Of a DNA stretch of 64,000 nucleotides, positions 9,929 through 20,193 are shown piece by piece. The position numbers and the translations under genes were made by a program. The notes beneath the pieces were generated by a model. The model did no database searches. It was not told the DNA's origin and saw only the letters and a list, made by a program, of their open reading frames with translations. The stretch's first letter is position 1; each line of letters opens with the position of its first letter. The stretch spans positions 1,426,001-1,490,000 of the forward strand of contig CAKKNE010000003.1 in the NCBI GenBank assembly GCA_918797485.1. The letters run 5' to 3'. This DNA is from Pelagomonas calceolata. Lineage: Eukaryota.

Positions 9929-10963
9929 CTACTTATGCTCCGCCGGCGCCGGCCCGCCGACCTCCTCGGGATACAAGGAGTCGAGGACGCCGTCGGCCGA
10001 GAGCCACCTTTCAATAGCCCGCGCCCGATCATCCGCGTCGAAGCCCGCGAGCGTCGCCGAGTCCAGCGGCGCGCCGGGCGCGTTTGATGTCCGCGCCTTC
10101 CCTCCCAGTCTCGCTGCGACACTTTCCGCCTCGACGGCCACCGCATCCCGTAGAGCGAGCTCTAAAGGTGTCCTCGAAGCCTTCCATTTCTCGTGCGCCT
10201 CGGTCACTTCCGCGAGATGCCGCTTCTCCACCTCCAACAATTTCTTGAGCTTCCGCGTGGCCTCCTTGAAGGTCGTATCGGCGTCCGGGGCTTTCTTTTC
10301 CTCGATTACAGGTGCCGGCGCGGGAGCTAGTAACGGAGGTAATGCGTCGCCCCTTGCCTTCGCCAGGGCCTCCTTCTCGTCGACCTCGCTCCTTAGAGAT
10401 GCATTCTCCTCCTTGACACTCACCAACTGCTTCACGAGCAAGGCTCGGTCGTCTTCCTGGCTCTCGAATTGTCTCGTGAGAAAGCCGTTCTCCCTACCTA
10501 GCCGCTGGTTCGCCTTGTCTAACACTTCAGCTCGTTGTTTCGCCGTCTTCGCTTCGTGCTCCAAGGCCGTGGCTCGAGCGATCCATTCTTTGGCGCCTTC
10601 GCCGGCCTTTCTTCGCTCCGCAGCTAGCTCGTCTTGGACCACTTGCAGCCTCCCGCGGAACCGCTTCAGTAAATCCGTCTCCTGGGCCTGCACGGCTGAA
10701 GCCGTCTCGCCCTGGACCAACCCCACGTTCTTGAGCACTTCCGCCTGCGCCTCCCTAATTTTGACCATGTTCGGGTCGCTCTTCATCCAGCTGATTTTGT
10801 CGTTTTTTAGTTGTCCAAGCTCCTTCCGCAGTTCTTCCAGCCGCATCTTGTAGACGCGCTCCCTTCTTATGAACTGCTCCTGTCTGTCTTTAAGGTCTCG
10901 TTCCACAGCGGAGATGTCATCTAAATCACTGCGCGTCGAGGCGGTGACGCCGCCATGGCTCAT
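9929..10963 (-). CDS. Hypothetical coiled-coil protein
   Basis: 344-aa ORF rich in E/K/R/L/A with heptad character. Confidence 0.7.
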   Translation of the reverse strand: MSHGGVTASTRSDLDDISAVERDLKDRQEQFIRRERVYKMRLEELRKELGQLKNDKISWMKSDPNMVKIREAQAEVLKNVGLVQGETASAVQAQETDLLKRFRGRLQVVQDELAAERRKAGEGAKEWIARATALEHEAKTAKQRAEVLDKANQRLGRENGFLTRQFESQEDDRALLVKQLVSVKEENASLRSEVDEKEALAKARGDALPPLLAPAPAPVIEEKKAPDADTTFKEATRKLKKLLEVEKRHLAEVTEAHEKWKASRTPLELALRDAVAVEAESVAARLGGKARTSNAPGAPLDSATLAGFDADDRARAIERWLSADGVLDSLYPEEVGGPAPAEHK

Positions 10964-11330
10964 CTTGGCTGCCCTTGCGGCGGTGGCGTGGGGCGGAAGA
11001 AATGACCTCCCTCGGGCCAGTTATGGCGGCTACTGCGTTGCCGCGCGCGCCGAGCGCTGTGTTTTGCATGAAAGTCTCGGGTTTTCTCGGCAATCAACAA
11101 ATGAACGCGTCCGAGCCCACGGCCGAGGCCCTCCGGGGCCGCGGACGAGTCTTCGGACCCGGATCGAGGCGCACTGGAAAAGGCAAATTCACGCCGAGCC
11201 CTGGATCCGCAGGCGGCTCGGACGCCGGGAGCGGCGTACCTAAGGGCCCCGGGAAGCAGCCAGTGGGCTCGAAGCAGCCCACCGCGACGCCCGTCGACGC
11301 GACCGCGGCGGGGGCAGCCCCTAGGCCGCG

Positions 11331-13109
11331 ATGGCGCCCGCACACACAGTGCTGGGCCTGGCCCTCCTCGCCACGCGCATCAGGGCGGACGAAACGGACG
11401 ACGACGCGACCGACAGCATCTTCATCGACCCCGACTCCTTCCCCGACGACTGGTACGGCGGCTTGCAATTGACGCAGCTGTTTTTGGCCTATTGCGTGAT
11501 CCTCTACTTTGGGTGCAACATGATTTCGGACGGCGCCGAGTTATTGATGCTCACGCCCTACTCCAAGCTTGTGGGAGCTGTTATTTTACCTATATTGGGT
11601 GCGGTACCAGATGGTGCTATCGTGCTCTTCTCGGGCATCGGGCCGGACGCGCAGACGAACTTGGATGTCGGTGTGGGTGCCTTAGCTGGTAGTACAGTGA
11701 TGCTCATCACGATCCCCTGGTTCCTCGCGATCTACGGCGGCCGCGTCGATCTTGATAGTAATGGTCAACCGAAGTACGCGACAAAGAAGAAGCGACTGAC
11801 CGAGGGCAACCTCTGGGACGCCGGCGTCTGTACGGGCGAGACTGGTAGCATTGTAGTGAGGAACATGGCCTACTGGATGGCGATTACTTCCATTCCTTAC
11901 TTGGTGATTGAGGTGGGTGCTTTGATAGCCGAAGCGGAGAACGGCGGCATCCTCAACCAGCAGAACCTGGACGACGTCACGCTGGAGTCGGAGGGCTCGC
12001 CCGAACGCGTCTATGCCATCGTGGGGACGCTGATGACCATCGGCTTCTTCCTGGCTTACTTGAAATACCAGAACGACCGCACGTCATCACCCTCGGTCGC
12101 GTCCAAGCAAGTCAGAGCGGTACAGAATACTGTGAGTGGTGGTCAGGGCTTGGTTGCCGCGGTGCGACCGTTGCTGGAAGCGATGGAGAAGCAGGAGCAA
12201 GAAATGTCCCAGACAGGCGCGTCGCAGTCGTTAATACAAGCCGAGAGCAAGAGGAGCATGACGATGCTGCAAAACGTCCTGCGACCCTTCTTCTCGAAAT
12301 ACGATGTGGACGGCTCGGGTACGCTAGAAACGTCGGAGCTCGGCCGAGTCTTCATGGACCTGAACGAACCGAAAAGTGCCCATGAGCTCGAGGCCCTGTT
12401 CAAAAATTTTGATACCGACCAGTCGGGCGAGATCTCCTTTGTGGAGTTCTGCGACGGCGTTCGTTCTTACATCGGGAAGAAGAAGGCCAACGAATCCGCT
12501 GCGGTAGATAGAACAAGTAGTAGAGTGGAGGAGGAGTCGAAAGAAGACGACGGCGACGAAAGCGAGGAGGAGGAGTGCCCCGACGAGTTCGCCCAGGAAA
12601 AATTCAAGACGATTGAGGAGCAGCAGGCCGCCATCAAACGATCTGCGGCTTACCTGTGTGGCGTCGGCACGATTGTGGTGCTCATTTTCAGTGATCCGAT
12701 CAGTGACGTGCTCACGGCCATAGGAGAACGCATCGGCGTGAACGCCTTCTACGTGGCGTTTGTCGTGGCACCCCTCATCACGAATGGAAGCGAATTGATG
12801 GCGTCCTACACCTTCGCGCAGAAGAAGACGATGAAGAGCATGACGGTCGCGTACGAGCAGTTGCTCGGCGCGGCGGTCATGAACAACACGTACTGCTTGT
12901 TCATCTTCCTCATACTCATCGCGACGCAGGGCCTGTACTGGAACTACACGGCCGAGGTCATCGCCATATTACTGGCGGAGCTCTGCGTTTTTGTGGTGGC
13001 CACGCAATTCAAGGTCCACACGATGAAGACGGCTTTAGCAGTGCTGGCCATCTACCCCGCGACGATTCTGGTCGTGTGGATGCTCGAGACGCTCGCGGGC
13101 ATCTCCTGA
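11331..13109 (+). CDS. EF-hand-containing Na+/Ca2+ exchanger-like protein (NCL/EFCAX type, CaCA superfamily)
   Basis: Alpha-1 'LPILGAVPDG...GVGALAGSTVMLITIPW', two EF-hands (DVDGSGTLETSE, DTDQSGEISFVE), alpha-2 'FVVAPLITNGSE...LLGAAVMNNT'. Confidence 0.9.
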   Translation: MAPAHTVLGLALLATRIRADETDDDATDSIFIDPDSFPDDWYGGLQLTQLFLAYCVILYFGCNMISDGAELLMLTPYSKLVGAVILPILGAVPDGAIVLFSGIGPDAQTNLDVGVGALAGSTVMLITIPWFLAIYGGRVDLDSNGQPKYATKKKRLTEGNLWDAGVCTGETGSIVVRNMAYWMAITSIPYLVIEVGALIAEAENGGILNQQNLDDVTLESEGSPERVYAIVGTLMTIGFFLAYLKYQNDRTSSPSVASKQVRAVQNTVSGGQGLVAAVRPLLEAMEKQEQEMSQTGASQSLIQAESKRSMTMLQNVLRPFFSKYDVDGSGTLETSELGRVFMDLNEPKSAHELEALFKNFDTDQSGEISFVEFCDGVRSYIGKKKANESAAVDRTSSRVEEESKEDDGDESEEEECPDEFAQEKFKTIEEQQAAIKRSAAYLCGVGTIVVLIFSDPISDVLTAIGERIGVNAFYVAFVVAPLITNGSELMASYTFAQKKTMKSMTVAYEQLLGAAVMNNTYCLFIFLILIATQGLYWNYTAEVIAILLAELCVFVVATQFKVHTMKTALAVLAIYPATILVVWMLETLAGIS

Positions 13110-13626
13110 CCTTTTTCCCCTTTTCCTAAGACCTCTTTTTGTCTGATCTAGGTACCCCCCATAACGGTTGGCCCCTCGGTATACTAGATACACAAGAAAG
13201 AAATTAGAGCTTCGCCGACGTGTCCGCGAGCACGTACCGCCACGCGCGAAGGCGGGCTGCTCCCACAACAAAAACTCGACGTTGCGCCGGTCGAAGATCG
13301 TGCTGCGGTGGCGGTCGGCATCGCTTGCGCCTGACGCGGCTCCGCGCGTAGCTCCGCGCGTGGCGCTTGCAGATGATGACAGTGATGCAGGCGTCCTCGG
13401 CGCGCGGCCAAGCGCTATTTTTCGTATCGCTCGCATCGATGCTGTCGAATGCGCCTCTCTGCAAGTACTTTGAGGCTGGCTGCAGCGTGTGCAGGTGTGG
13501 AGCTGTGGCGGCGTGCGGCAGCGCAGCGCTGGTCAGTCCGTCTTGTATGCGTTGTGCTCCGTACGCCACGCGCTCAGACGGCCCCAGTACCGCAGCGTCG
13601 CGCTGCTTTTTGCACAGCTCGCGTCG

Positions 13627-13650
13627 GCTAGCGTCCAGTAAGACACTAGC
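13627..13650 (-). promoter_or_regulatory. Recurrent CTAG-bounded intergenic motif
   Basis: GCTAGCGTCCAGTAAGACACTAGC (reverse complement of the consensus), ~320 bp upstream of ATG 13974. Confidence 0.55.
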
Positions 13651-13973
13651 CAGCACGCCGGCTGCTGAAGAGAGCGTTGAACACAACCTTGTCACACGTC
13701 TAACACTGCCGCACAGATTGCGGAACAGCACTAAATCTGCAGCATCGCTGCTTTATGCATCGATACGCCGCCGCATTACTCAGAAAACGCACTGCACCTC
13801 TCCTCTCAGTTCCTCTTGCTGCCAGACGACCTGCCGCGCCCTTGGCCGCAACCCTCCTCACGCGCGCGAGCGCGCACGCGCTGCGCAGCCGACCCATATC
13901 TGTCGACGTAAGTCAACAGCCGCTGGATTTGCTGTCCCGGCTCGGCGGCCTCGATACCGCTGCAGTTGATACG

Positions 13974-16717
13974 ATGGCTTACGGCGACGACGTCGAGGAC
14001 CTATTAAACAACTACCCCACGGAGTACCGCGACGCGCTTGCACACCACCGCGAGCACGGCGCGCTACCAGGAAACTTTAACCTGCCGCGCGCCTTTGATT
14101 GGGCCGAACCCTACATGTTTCCTTCCGAACTGGGCAGTTACGCCACGAGTGATGAACGCCGCGACGGAAGCCAGTACTTCTCCGGTTCAAACTACATCCG
14201 CCTGACGACGCGCAGCGTCGACGCGGGGCACGACGCGTTCAACAGAGTGCTGCGCGCGCGCAAGGACAACTACATCGCTACGCGCAACGCCGAGAAGGCG
14301 GCGTACGACGAGCTGGTGACGCTCGTCCGGCGGGCCGCCCCGCAGAACGACACGGACGCGCGGTTCACCGCGCGCGAGGACGATAAGGCAGTGATTGACG
14401 CGCTCGCGGCGAAGGTCGAGCAGCTCGGCTTCGTGAAGGCGGGCCAGTCGCCGACGAAGATCCCGCCGGAGGAGTGGACCGCCGTCCAGCGCAAGGCGGC
14501 CGGCTTTTTGGGGGTGCCGAGCCGCGCGATGATGCTGGGTGGCAACACGCACTGCGTGTGCGAGGCGGGGCACGGCGGCGGCGGGCTCCATGCTTTCGCC
14601 ATGGTCATGGGCGACGACGCCGAGGCGCGCGCGGAAGGGATCGAGGAGCTGCGCTTGCTCGCCGCGCTCATCATGTTTTATTATAATAGGATGAACTACA
14701 AGGCGAGCGTGCCCGCGTCGGCCCTGTGCGCGAAGGTGTGGAAATCAAATTTCGAGGTGCCCCACGCCATCGACGCGTCCTTCTCTTTGTGGTCACAGCT
14801 GCTCGATGACGTGGAGGTTCCACGCCATCGATGCGACGTCTCGACTCACTGGTTGATATCCACACCAGGCGCGCGGTCGCGGCGGCGACGACGGAAGACG
14901 CGGTCGATAACGCGCGGATGAGCAACGTCGGCAGCGACATCGTCCAGCTCCAGCTGCGCCACAACGTCTCGCTCCGGGCGCCGAAGGCCATCTCGGCGTG
15001 GCAGATGGACCGCGCCGAGTTCTTGGAGCGGTTCTACGACGCGTCGGGCCCCTACGTGACGCTCTTCGGGCGCGGCATCACGAACGGCGGGACGGGCGCC
15101 CTCTGCTGCTCGTGCTGCTGCGTGGCCTGCGTCCTCGGCGTCGGCGGCGCCGTCGGCCTGGCCATGATGGCGTTGCTGAATCGCGGTCCGACGTACAAGC
15201 TCTTGACGCAAGGGTCGTCGGGCGGCGTCCAGAGACTCCTGGAGGGCGACGACCGCTGGAAGCGGCTCCTGACGCACGAGGCCATGGAGCTGCTGGACCC
15301 GAGCAGCGGCGTCTGCGTGGCGACGAGCAACGCGTTCAACGCGGCGAGCCGCGCGCGGACGGCGGTGGCCCGCGCCGACGCGCGCGCGTTAGCGCAGATG
15401 ACGCGGCGCGGCGTGTCGCTGGTGGCGGCGGCGGTGCCAGTTTCTCCGCGCCGCGTCGCCGCGACGCACCAGTTAGCCGCGCGCACGACGAGCCTCGCGC
15501 GGAAGGCTCTGAACAGGTGCGCACCCGGTTGGGCGAGGGTCGCGGCCGTGCGGGCTGCTCAAACTGTAGTGTTAGCTGGCCGTGGTGGCGGCGTCGCTGG
15601 TGCGGTGGCTCGAGCCCTCGCTGCTGGCTCGTTCGGCGTCGGCGCGCTCGCGGCCGCGGCCGACGCCGGTTCGCAAGCGGTCGGAAGCGGCTCCGGGGCG
15701 CTCGCCTCGTTGAAAGGAGCTGCTGATGTGGCGTCGATGGCGTTTTCTGCGTGCGGAATCGCCTGTGAAGTGCGGGCGTTGACGCGCATGACGGGCGTCC
15801 AGTGCACGCGCGACCTCGACCGCTTCGACTTCCGGGTACAACACCGGCGATTGACGACCATGGACGAGCTGGATCCATGGTCGTGGAGGACGCTCATGGA
15901 CCTCAACGACATCGGCATCCATCCGAACGCGTCGGAGCGAGTGCTGGTCGAGCAGTACGTGAACTACTTCTACAACTACTTCTACTTCCCGCCCGGAAGC
16001 GCTATTAACCCCGGGGAGAACGACTACAAAAACCTACTGATAGGCCTGAACTCGGCGCCGTACGGTCGGCTCCTCGTCCAGCAGTTAGTGAAGCCGCGGA
16101 ACGAGCGCGACTGGCCCTTCCTCGACGTGGACAAGGACGACGTCGTGTGCACGGAGAACTCGCACCTGCGCCTCTTATTATATGAGAGGCTTACCGAAAA
16201 GACGGTCGAAGCCGTGCTGCGGGACGAGGACGAGTGGGTGCTCGACAACTGCGGCCTGGCGCTCGACGCGACGGCGCGGTTGTTATATGCACGGAGGGGG
16301 GGCGTTCGGGTCTCGCTGCGCGACTCTCTCGAGGCGTGGTGCCGCCTCCCGAGCGGCTACGGTAAGAGAGCGGCCTCGAAATTCGAGACCGGAACGCGCC
16401 ACAAGGACGAGTCGCAACCGTCGGCGGACCTGGCTACCGACTACGCGACGGAGTCGGTACAGACGTTGCTGCGCTACGTCCGCGCGCAGGTGAAGGCTAC
16501 GATCGCCAAGCTGGTCCTGCCGTACTTCGACGAGGTCGACGAGGCGGTTCTTTCTTTGATGAAGAACCCGCGCTTCCAGCCGAAGGACGACGCGGGCCGC
16601 GAGTACCAGCGGCGCCACCTCGCGCGCCTCGGTGACAAGGAACACCAGCGCGCGCGCGACAACCTCGTCGCACTGGCGGCGACGAGCGAGTACGTCGCCG
16701 GCTCCAAAGAAGACTAG
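13974..16717 (+). CDS. Large hypothetical protein; exons 13974-14725 and 14869-16717 (may continue to 17471 through a further intron)
   Basis: Two long ORFs joined in frame only if intron 14726-14868 is removed (ASAL|RAVAAATTED); no family recognised. Confidence 0.65.
14726..14868 (+). mobile_element. Introner intron (143 bp, GT-AG)
   Basis: TSD GTGCGCGA/GCGCGCGG; left end AGGTGTGGAAATCAAATTTCG, right end ACTCACTGGTTGATATCCACACCAG. Confidence 0.88.
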
Positions 16718-16877
16718 CTGGACGCGGCGGCGCGGCCGCGGCCGCGTCGATGGCGTTGTGTGTAGTCATCCTATGTATAAAGTCATACCCCCTAGCTTTT
16801 TTCGTTTTCGCACGGACCCGATCGCCGGGCGCGAGGAGTTGCGGATCGCCCACGGCGGCTTATCATGGACCCTACAC

Positions 16878-16944
16878 ACACCATCGAGGCGACGCCTGCT
16901 CGATGGCGTCGCGGTGCACCCGACTCACTGGTTGATCTGCACAG
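16878..16944 (+). mobile_element. Right half of an introner (acceptor end); donor uncertain, possibly GC at 16701
   Basis: ACCATCGAGGCGACGCCTGCTCGATGGCGTC...GGTGCACCCGACTCACTGGTTGATCTGCACAG closely resembles the element at 55493-55694. Confidence 0.65.
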
Positions 16945-17995
16945 GCACCGGAACGAGTCGAGCGCACGATGTGCGGCTTGGAGACGTGACGATCTTGGAC
17001 ATTAACCGCCGACGCCCGGAGATCGGCCAGGAGGCGTTCGGCGCCAGATTGGCTCTCATCCCGCCGTCGGTGAAGAAGACGGGCGCGGCGCGAACAGATT
17101 CGTTCGACTTTTCACAGTCGGCGACCGCAAACGGCGTCGGCTGCACTACTGCGGCCGTCAACTACGCCTATGACACCGTCGCGGACCCTATGGTCTTCGC
17201 GGTCAGTGTTCGGCGGACGACCATCTTCTCCTACGCCGCGGAGTTTACCAAAGGAATCGTCAACAGCGTTGGATCTCTTGTGTTAACTGTGGTACAGGCA
17301 ACGATATTTCCGATGAAGGTGGTCATCTTGATTCTAGGCTTAAGCGTTCTTGTTGAAGTGGGGAATTTCATCATGAATTTGTTTGACCAATTCCGGCGGT
17401 ATTTATTGCGTCGGCGCGGGCGATCGGCTGGCGCACGCCGCCTCGGAAGCCCGCGCGGGAGTGGCGCGTGACGTCGAGGTCGCCGGAGCGGGCCCCGCGG
17501 CCGCCGCGGCCGCCGTCTTTTCTCGACGCGAAAAGGGCCAGCGAGCCGAGTCCTCCCCGCACGCCGTCGCCGTGCCCACGACGAACGCCTGTTGACGCGC
17601 GCCTGGCCTTGCTCGACGAGATCACGCGACCGGAGACGCCGCCGCCCGCGCCGGAGCCCCAGTCGACGGGTTTGACGGCCGCGGACGGCGGCAGCCCCTC
17701 GACGTCAGCCGTGCCGGCCAACACGAACGCCGCCCTGCGCGCCCTGCTGAAGCAGAAGGACGCCCAGATCGCCGCACTTAAGGCTCAACTCGTGGGCCCC
17801 GCGCCCCGGCGGCCGCCGGTGCCGCAGACGACGCCGCCGAAGACGCCGTCGGGGAATGTCAGTATCGCGCGCCAGAGCCCCCGGAAGCGCCACGGCGCGC
17901 TGCTGGGACAGATCCGTGATATCCTTCATCTCGCGCACGCGCCGCGGCCCGCGGGGGCGGCGGCGCCCGCGCCCGCGGACGCGGTCGAGGCGTGA
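16945..17995 (+). CDS. Probable downstream exon(s) of a hypothetical membrane/Pro-rich protein; structure unresolved
   Basis: Open frame after the introner acceptor to 17471, including a TM-like segment, then overlapping ORF 17468-17995. Confidence 0.35.
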
Positions 17996-18051
17996 AACCG
18001 ACGGGTCGGGCGGCGTCGCGTCCGGGAATGGTGGCGCCCTGTGTGATTAAA

Positions 18052-18543
18052 TTAGCTCGTGTTGTTACTCGCCGGGGTTTTTTTGTCGGTTGCGCGCCGC
18101 GGGCGTAGGCCTGCGCGGCGCGCGGCGGCGCCCGGCGACCGCGCAGGCGATGCGGGTGGCCGGGGCGGCGGTAGCGGCAACGGCGCGTCGTCGACGTCCA
18201 TCGACACCTCGTGGGGCCGCCGCGTGTCGTCGCGCGTCGGCGGCGCGAGCCGCTCCCAAACGAGCTCCTCCTCGTCTGGGGTGGCCACGATATCTATCGT
18301 GCGGGCTGGTCTTCGCGGGCTCACGTCGACCTCGAGTACCGTCTCGACGTCGCCCGGCATTGAACTGGGTGCGGCGGAGTCCTGCTGCTGCGGCGCGCAG
18401 CAGAAGAGGTCGTAGATCCCAAAGTCGAGGCCGAAGTAGCTCGTCGCCGCCGGCGCGGGCGCGGGCGCCGCGTTTCGCGCGCGCCGCCGCCGTTCCGCGA
18501 AGTGCGTCCGCGACGAGTTCATCACCTCCTCGTAGGTGGTCAT
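18052..18543 (-). CDS. Hypothetical protein
   Basis: 163-aa ATG ORF with GC-rich third positions, convergent with the neighbouring gene. Confidence 0.5.
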   Translation of the reverse strand: MTTYEEVMNSSRTHFAERRRRARNAAPAPAPAATSYFGLDFGIYDLFCCAPQQQDSAAPSSMPGDVETVLEVDVSPRRPARTIDIVATPDEEELVWERLAPPTRDDTRRPHEVSMDVDDAPLPLPPPRPPASPARSPGAAARRAGLRPRRATDKKTPASNNTS

Positions 18544-19033
18544 CGTTCCGCGACTGTTCGGTGCGTTCCACGACGACTGCCGAGGGCCGTCTCGCGCCGC
18601 AGATCAGTGCTGCTCTCCCCAGCAGTAGGAGGTGGAGGCAGTAGGAGGTGGGGGCTCCCTCGCGACGCCGTCTGCTGTTTTGTCGAAAGATGCCTTTCGT
18701 AAGGAGGCCGCTCTGCGCGTGGAAGGGCAGCCTTCCAATGCTTCTCCCAAGCTTTTTTGCTCTCATCTCCATGTGATGGTGATACCCGCACGTCGCGGCG
18801 CACTGCTCACTGTCCGGGGCGGGTTGCCGAGGCGGTTCTGCTTAGGTGGAAGTATCCTGTTATGCGAGGCGCGGCCCGGGCCTCCGCCGGTGAATCGGCG
18901 ACGCGCGGCGTCTCCTAGCCCGACCTATCCCTAGCCGGCGTGACCACGAGACGCATCGCGCCGCCTTCGACATGACAAGAAGAAACTCGACACGATTAAA
19001 ACAAACAAAGCCCCTGACGCCGTCGACGACGCG

Positions 19034-19895
19034 TCACGCCTCACGCCGGAAGCGGAACACCTCGACGGGCATGGCCGCCGGGTACGAAGTCCGCGCGAAG
19101 CCGTTCGCGCGCATGCCCTCCAGGAACGGGTCGACGCCGTCGTCGCCGTCCTTGACGTGGCGTCGCTCCAGCGAGATGAGGACGTCCGTCGCGGGCCCAG
19201 CTAAAGCGTCGATGGCTTCGAGCAAAGCCTTCCACGAGTCGCCGTAGAGGGGCATGTAGACGCAGTCGCAGCAGACGATCACGTCGAAACACCCACCGTC
19301 ACAGAAGTCGTGCTTCAGCGCCTCGGCGCCGGCGCGCGACCAGGGGAACGAGACCGCCCGCACGTCTTCCCCCGCGGAAAAGTTGGCCGCCACGTTCCTT
19401 GTGAGGAGGTCGACGAGCGACCTGTGTGGAAATCAAAATTTTGGACGCCCCGCAACTGCATCTGCTCGATGGCGTGTAGATTCCACGCCATTGATTTCCA
19501 CACAGATCTAACTGCTGCTCGGTGAGAGCGACGTTCCTCGCGCCCAGGCGGGCGCAGGCCATGCCCGGGACACCTAACCCGCAGCCCAGCTCGATGCACG
19601 TCCGGCCCTTTATTTGCACCGCATCCGCCCCCAGAAACGCTCGATCGACTAAGACAGCCGCCGCGCGCCACAAAACCGTGCCGGCCCAGGCCGCGCCACT
19701 AAACACCGGCTCCAGGTCGTCCGGCGAGAGCTTGAGGTCCAAATTCAAGGGAGCGACGCCTTCGCAGCGCACGGTGAGCTGGCTCTGGCAGATGGCCCGC
19801 CCCAGCGCGTCCGTCGCCTCGATGCCTTCGACCGTAATGTGGTCCAGCTCCGAGCCCTGCACCGTGCTCGAGACGTCGATGCCGAGGCAGCTCAT
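19034..19895 (-). CDS. Protein-lysine methyltransferase, METTL21/Methyltransf_16 family; exons 19895-19513 and 19421-19034
   Basis: 'AWAGTVLWRAA', motif I 'IELGCGLGVPG', post-I 'VALTEQ' and 'FDVIVCCDCVY'; intron removal gives TEQQSLVDLLTRNV. Confidence 0.88.
19422..19505 (+). mobile_element. Mini-introner (84 bp) with perfect 15-bp TIRs, antisense to host gene; intron 19422-19512
   Basis: CTGTGTGGAAATCAA...TTGATTTCCACACAG; interior looks like a deletion derivative of the 53696 family; TSD not recognisable. Confidence 0.9.
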
Positions 19896-20052
19896 TTGCT
19901 CTTTTGTGCTGCTGGCTGCAGCAAGCCAGCAGCAGTCTGGGTGAGCTGTGCACTTGCTTGCGGTGGTTGGCACTGTTGATTTAGTGCTGTGAAAACTGGA
20001 AGAAGGCCAATTTATGAGGAATTATCAGGTTGAAGCGATACTCGTGAAAACC

Positions 20053-20073
20053 CTAGTGTCTGTCTACACTAGC
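20053..20073 (+). promoter_or_regulatory. Degenerate copy of the CTAG-bounded intergenic motif
   Basis: CTAGTGTCTGTCTACACTAGC between divergent starts 19895 and 20194. Confidence 0.35.
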
Positions 20074-20193
20074 TTCAATCTCCCGGCCGCCGCCTAAGGA
20101 TTGCTTGCGCAAAGTTTGCAGTTTGCAGTGCTAGATCTAGAGATCGACATTCCTGCTCAGAACGCTGCAGCCGCAGCAATACGAAGATCGGCC

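Noticed and set aside
14736..14868. Donor AAG|GTGTGG inside the left TIR
   Set aside because: It does not restore the frame with the acceptor at 14868, whereas the TSD-start donor at 14726 does
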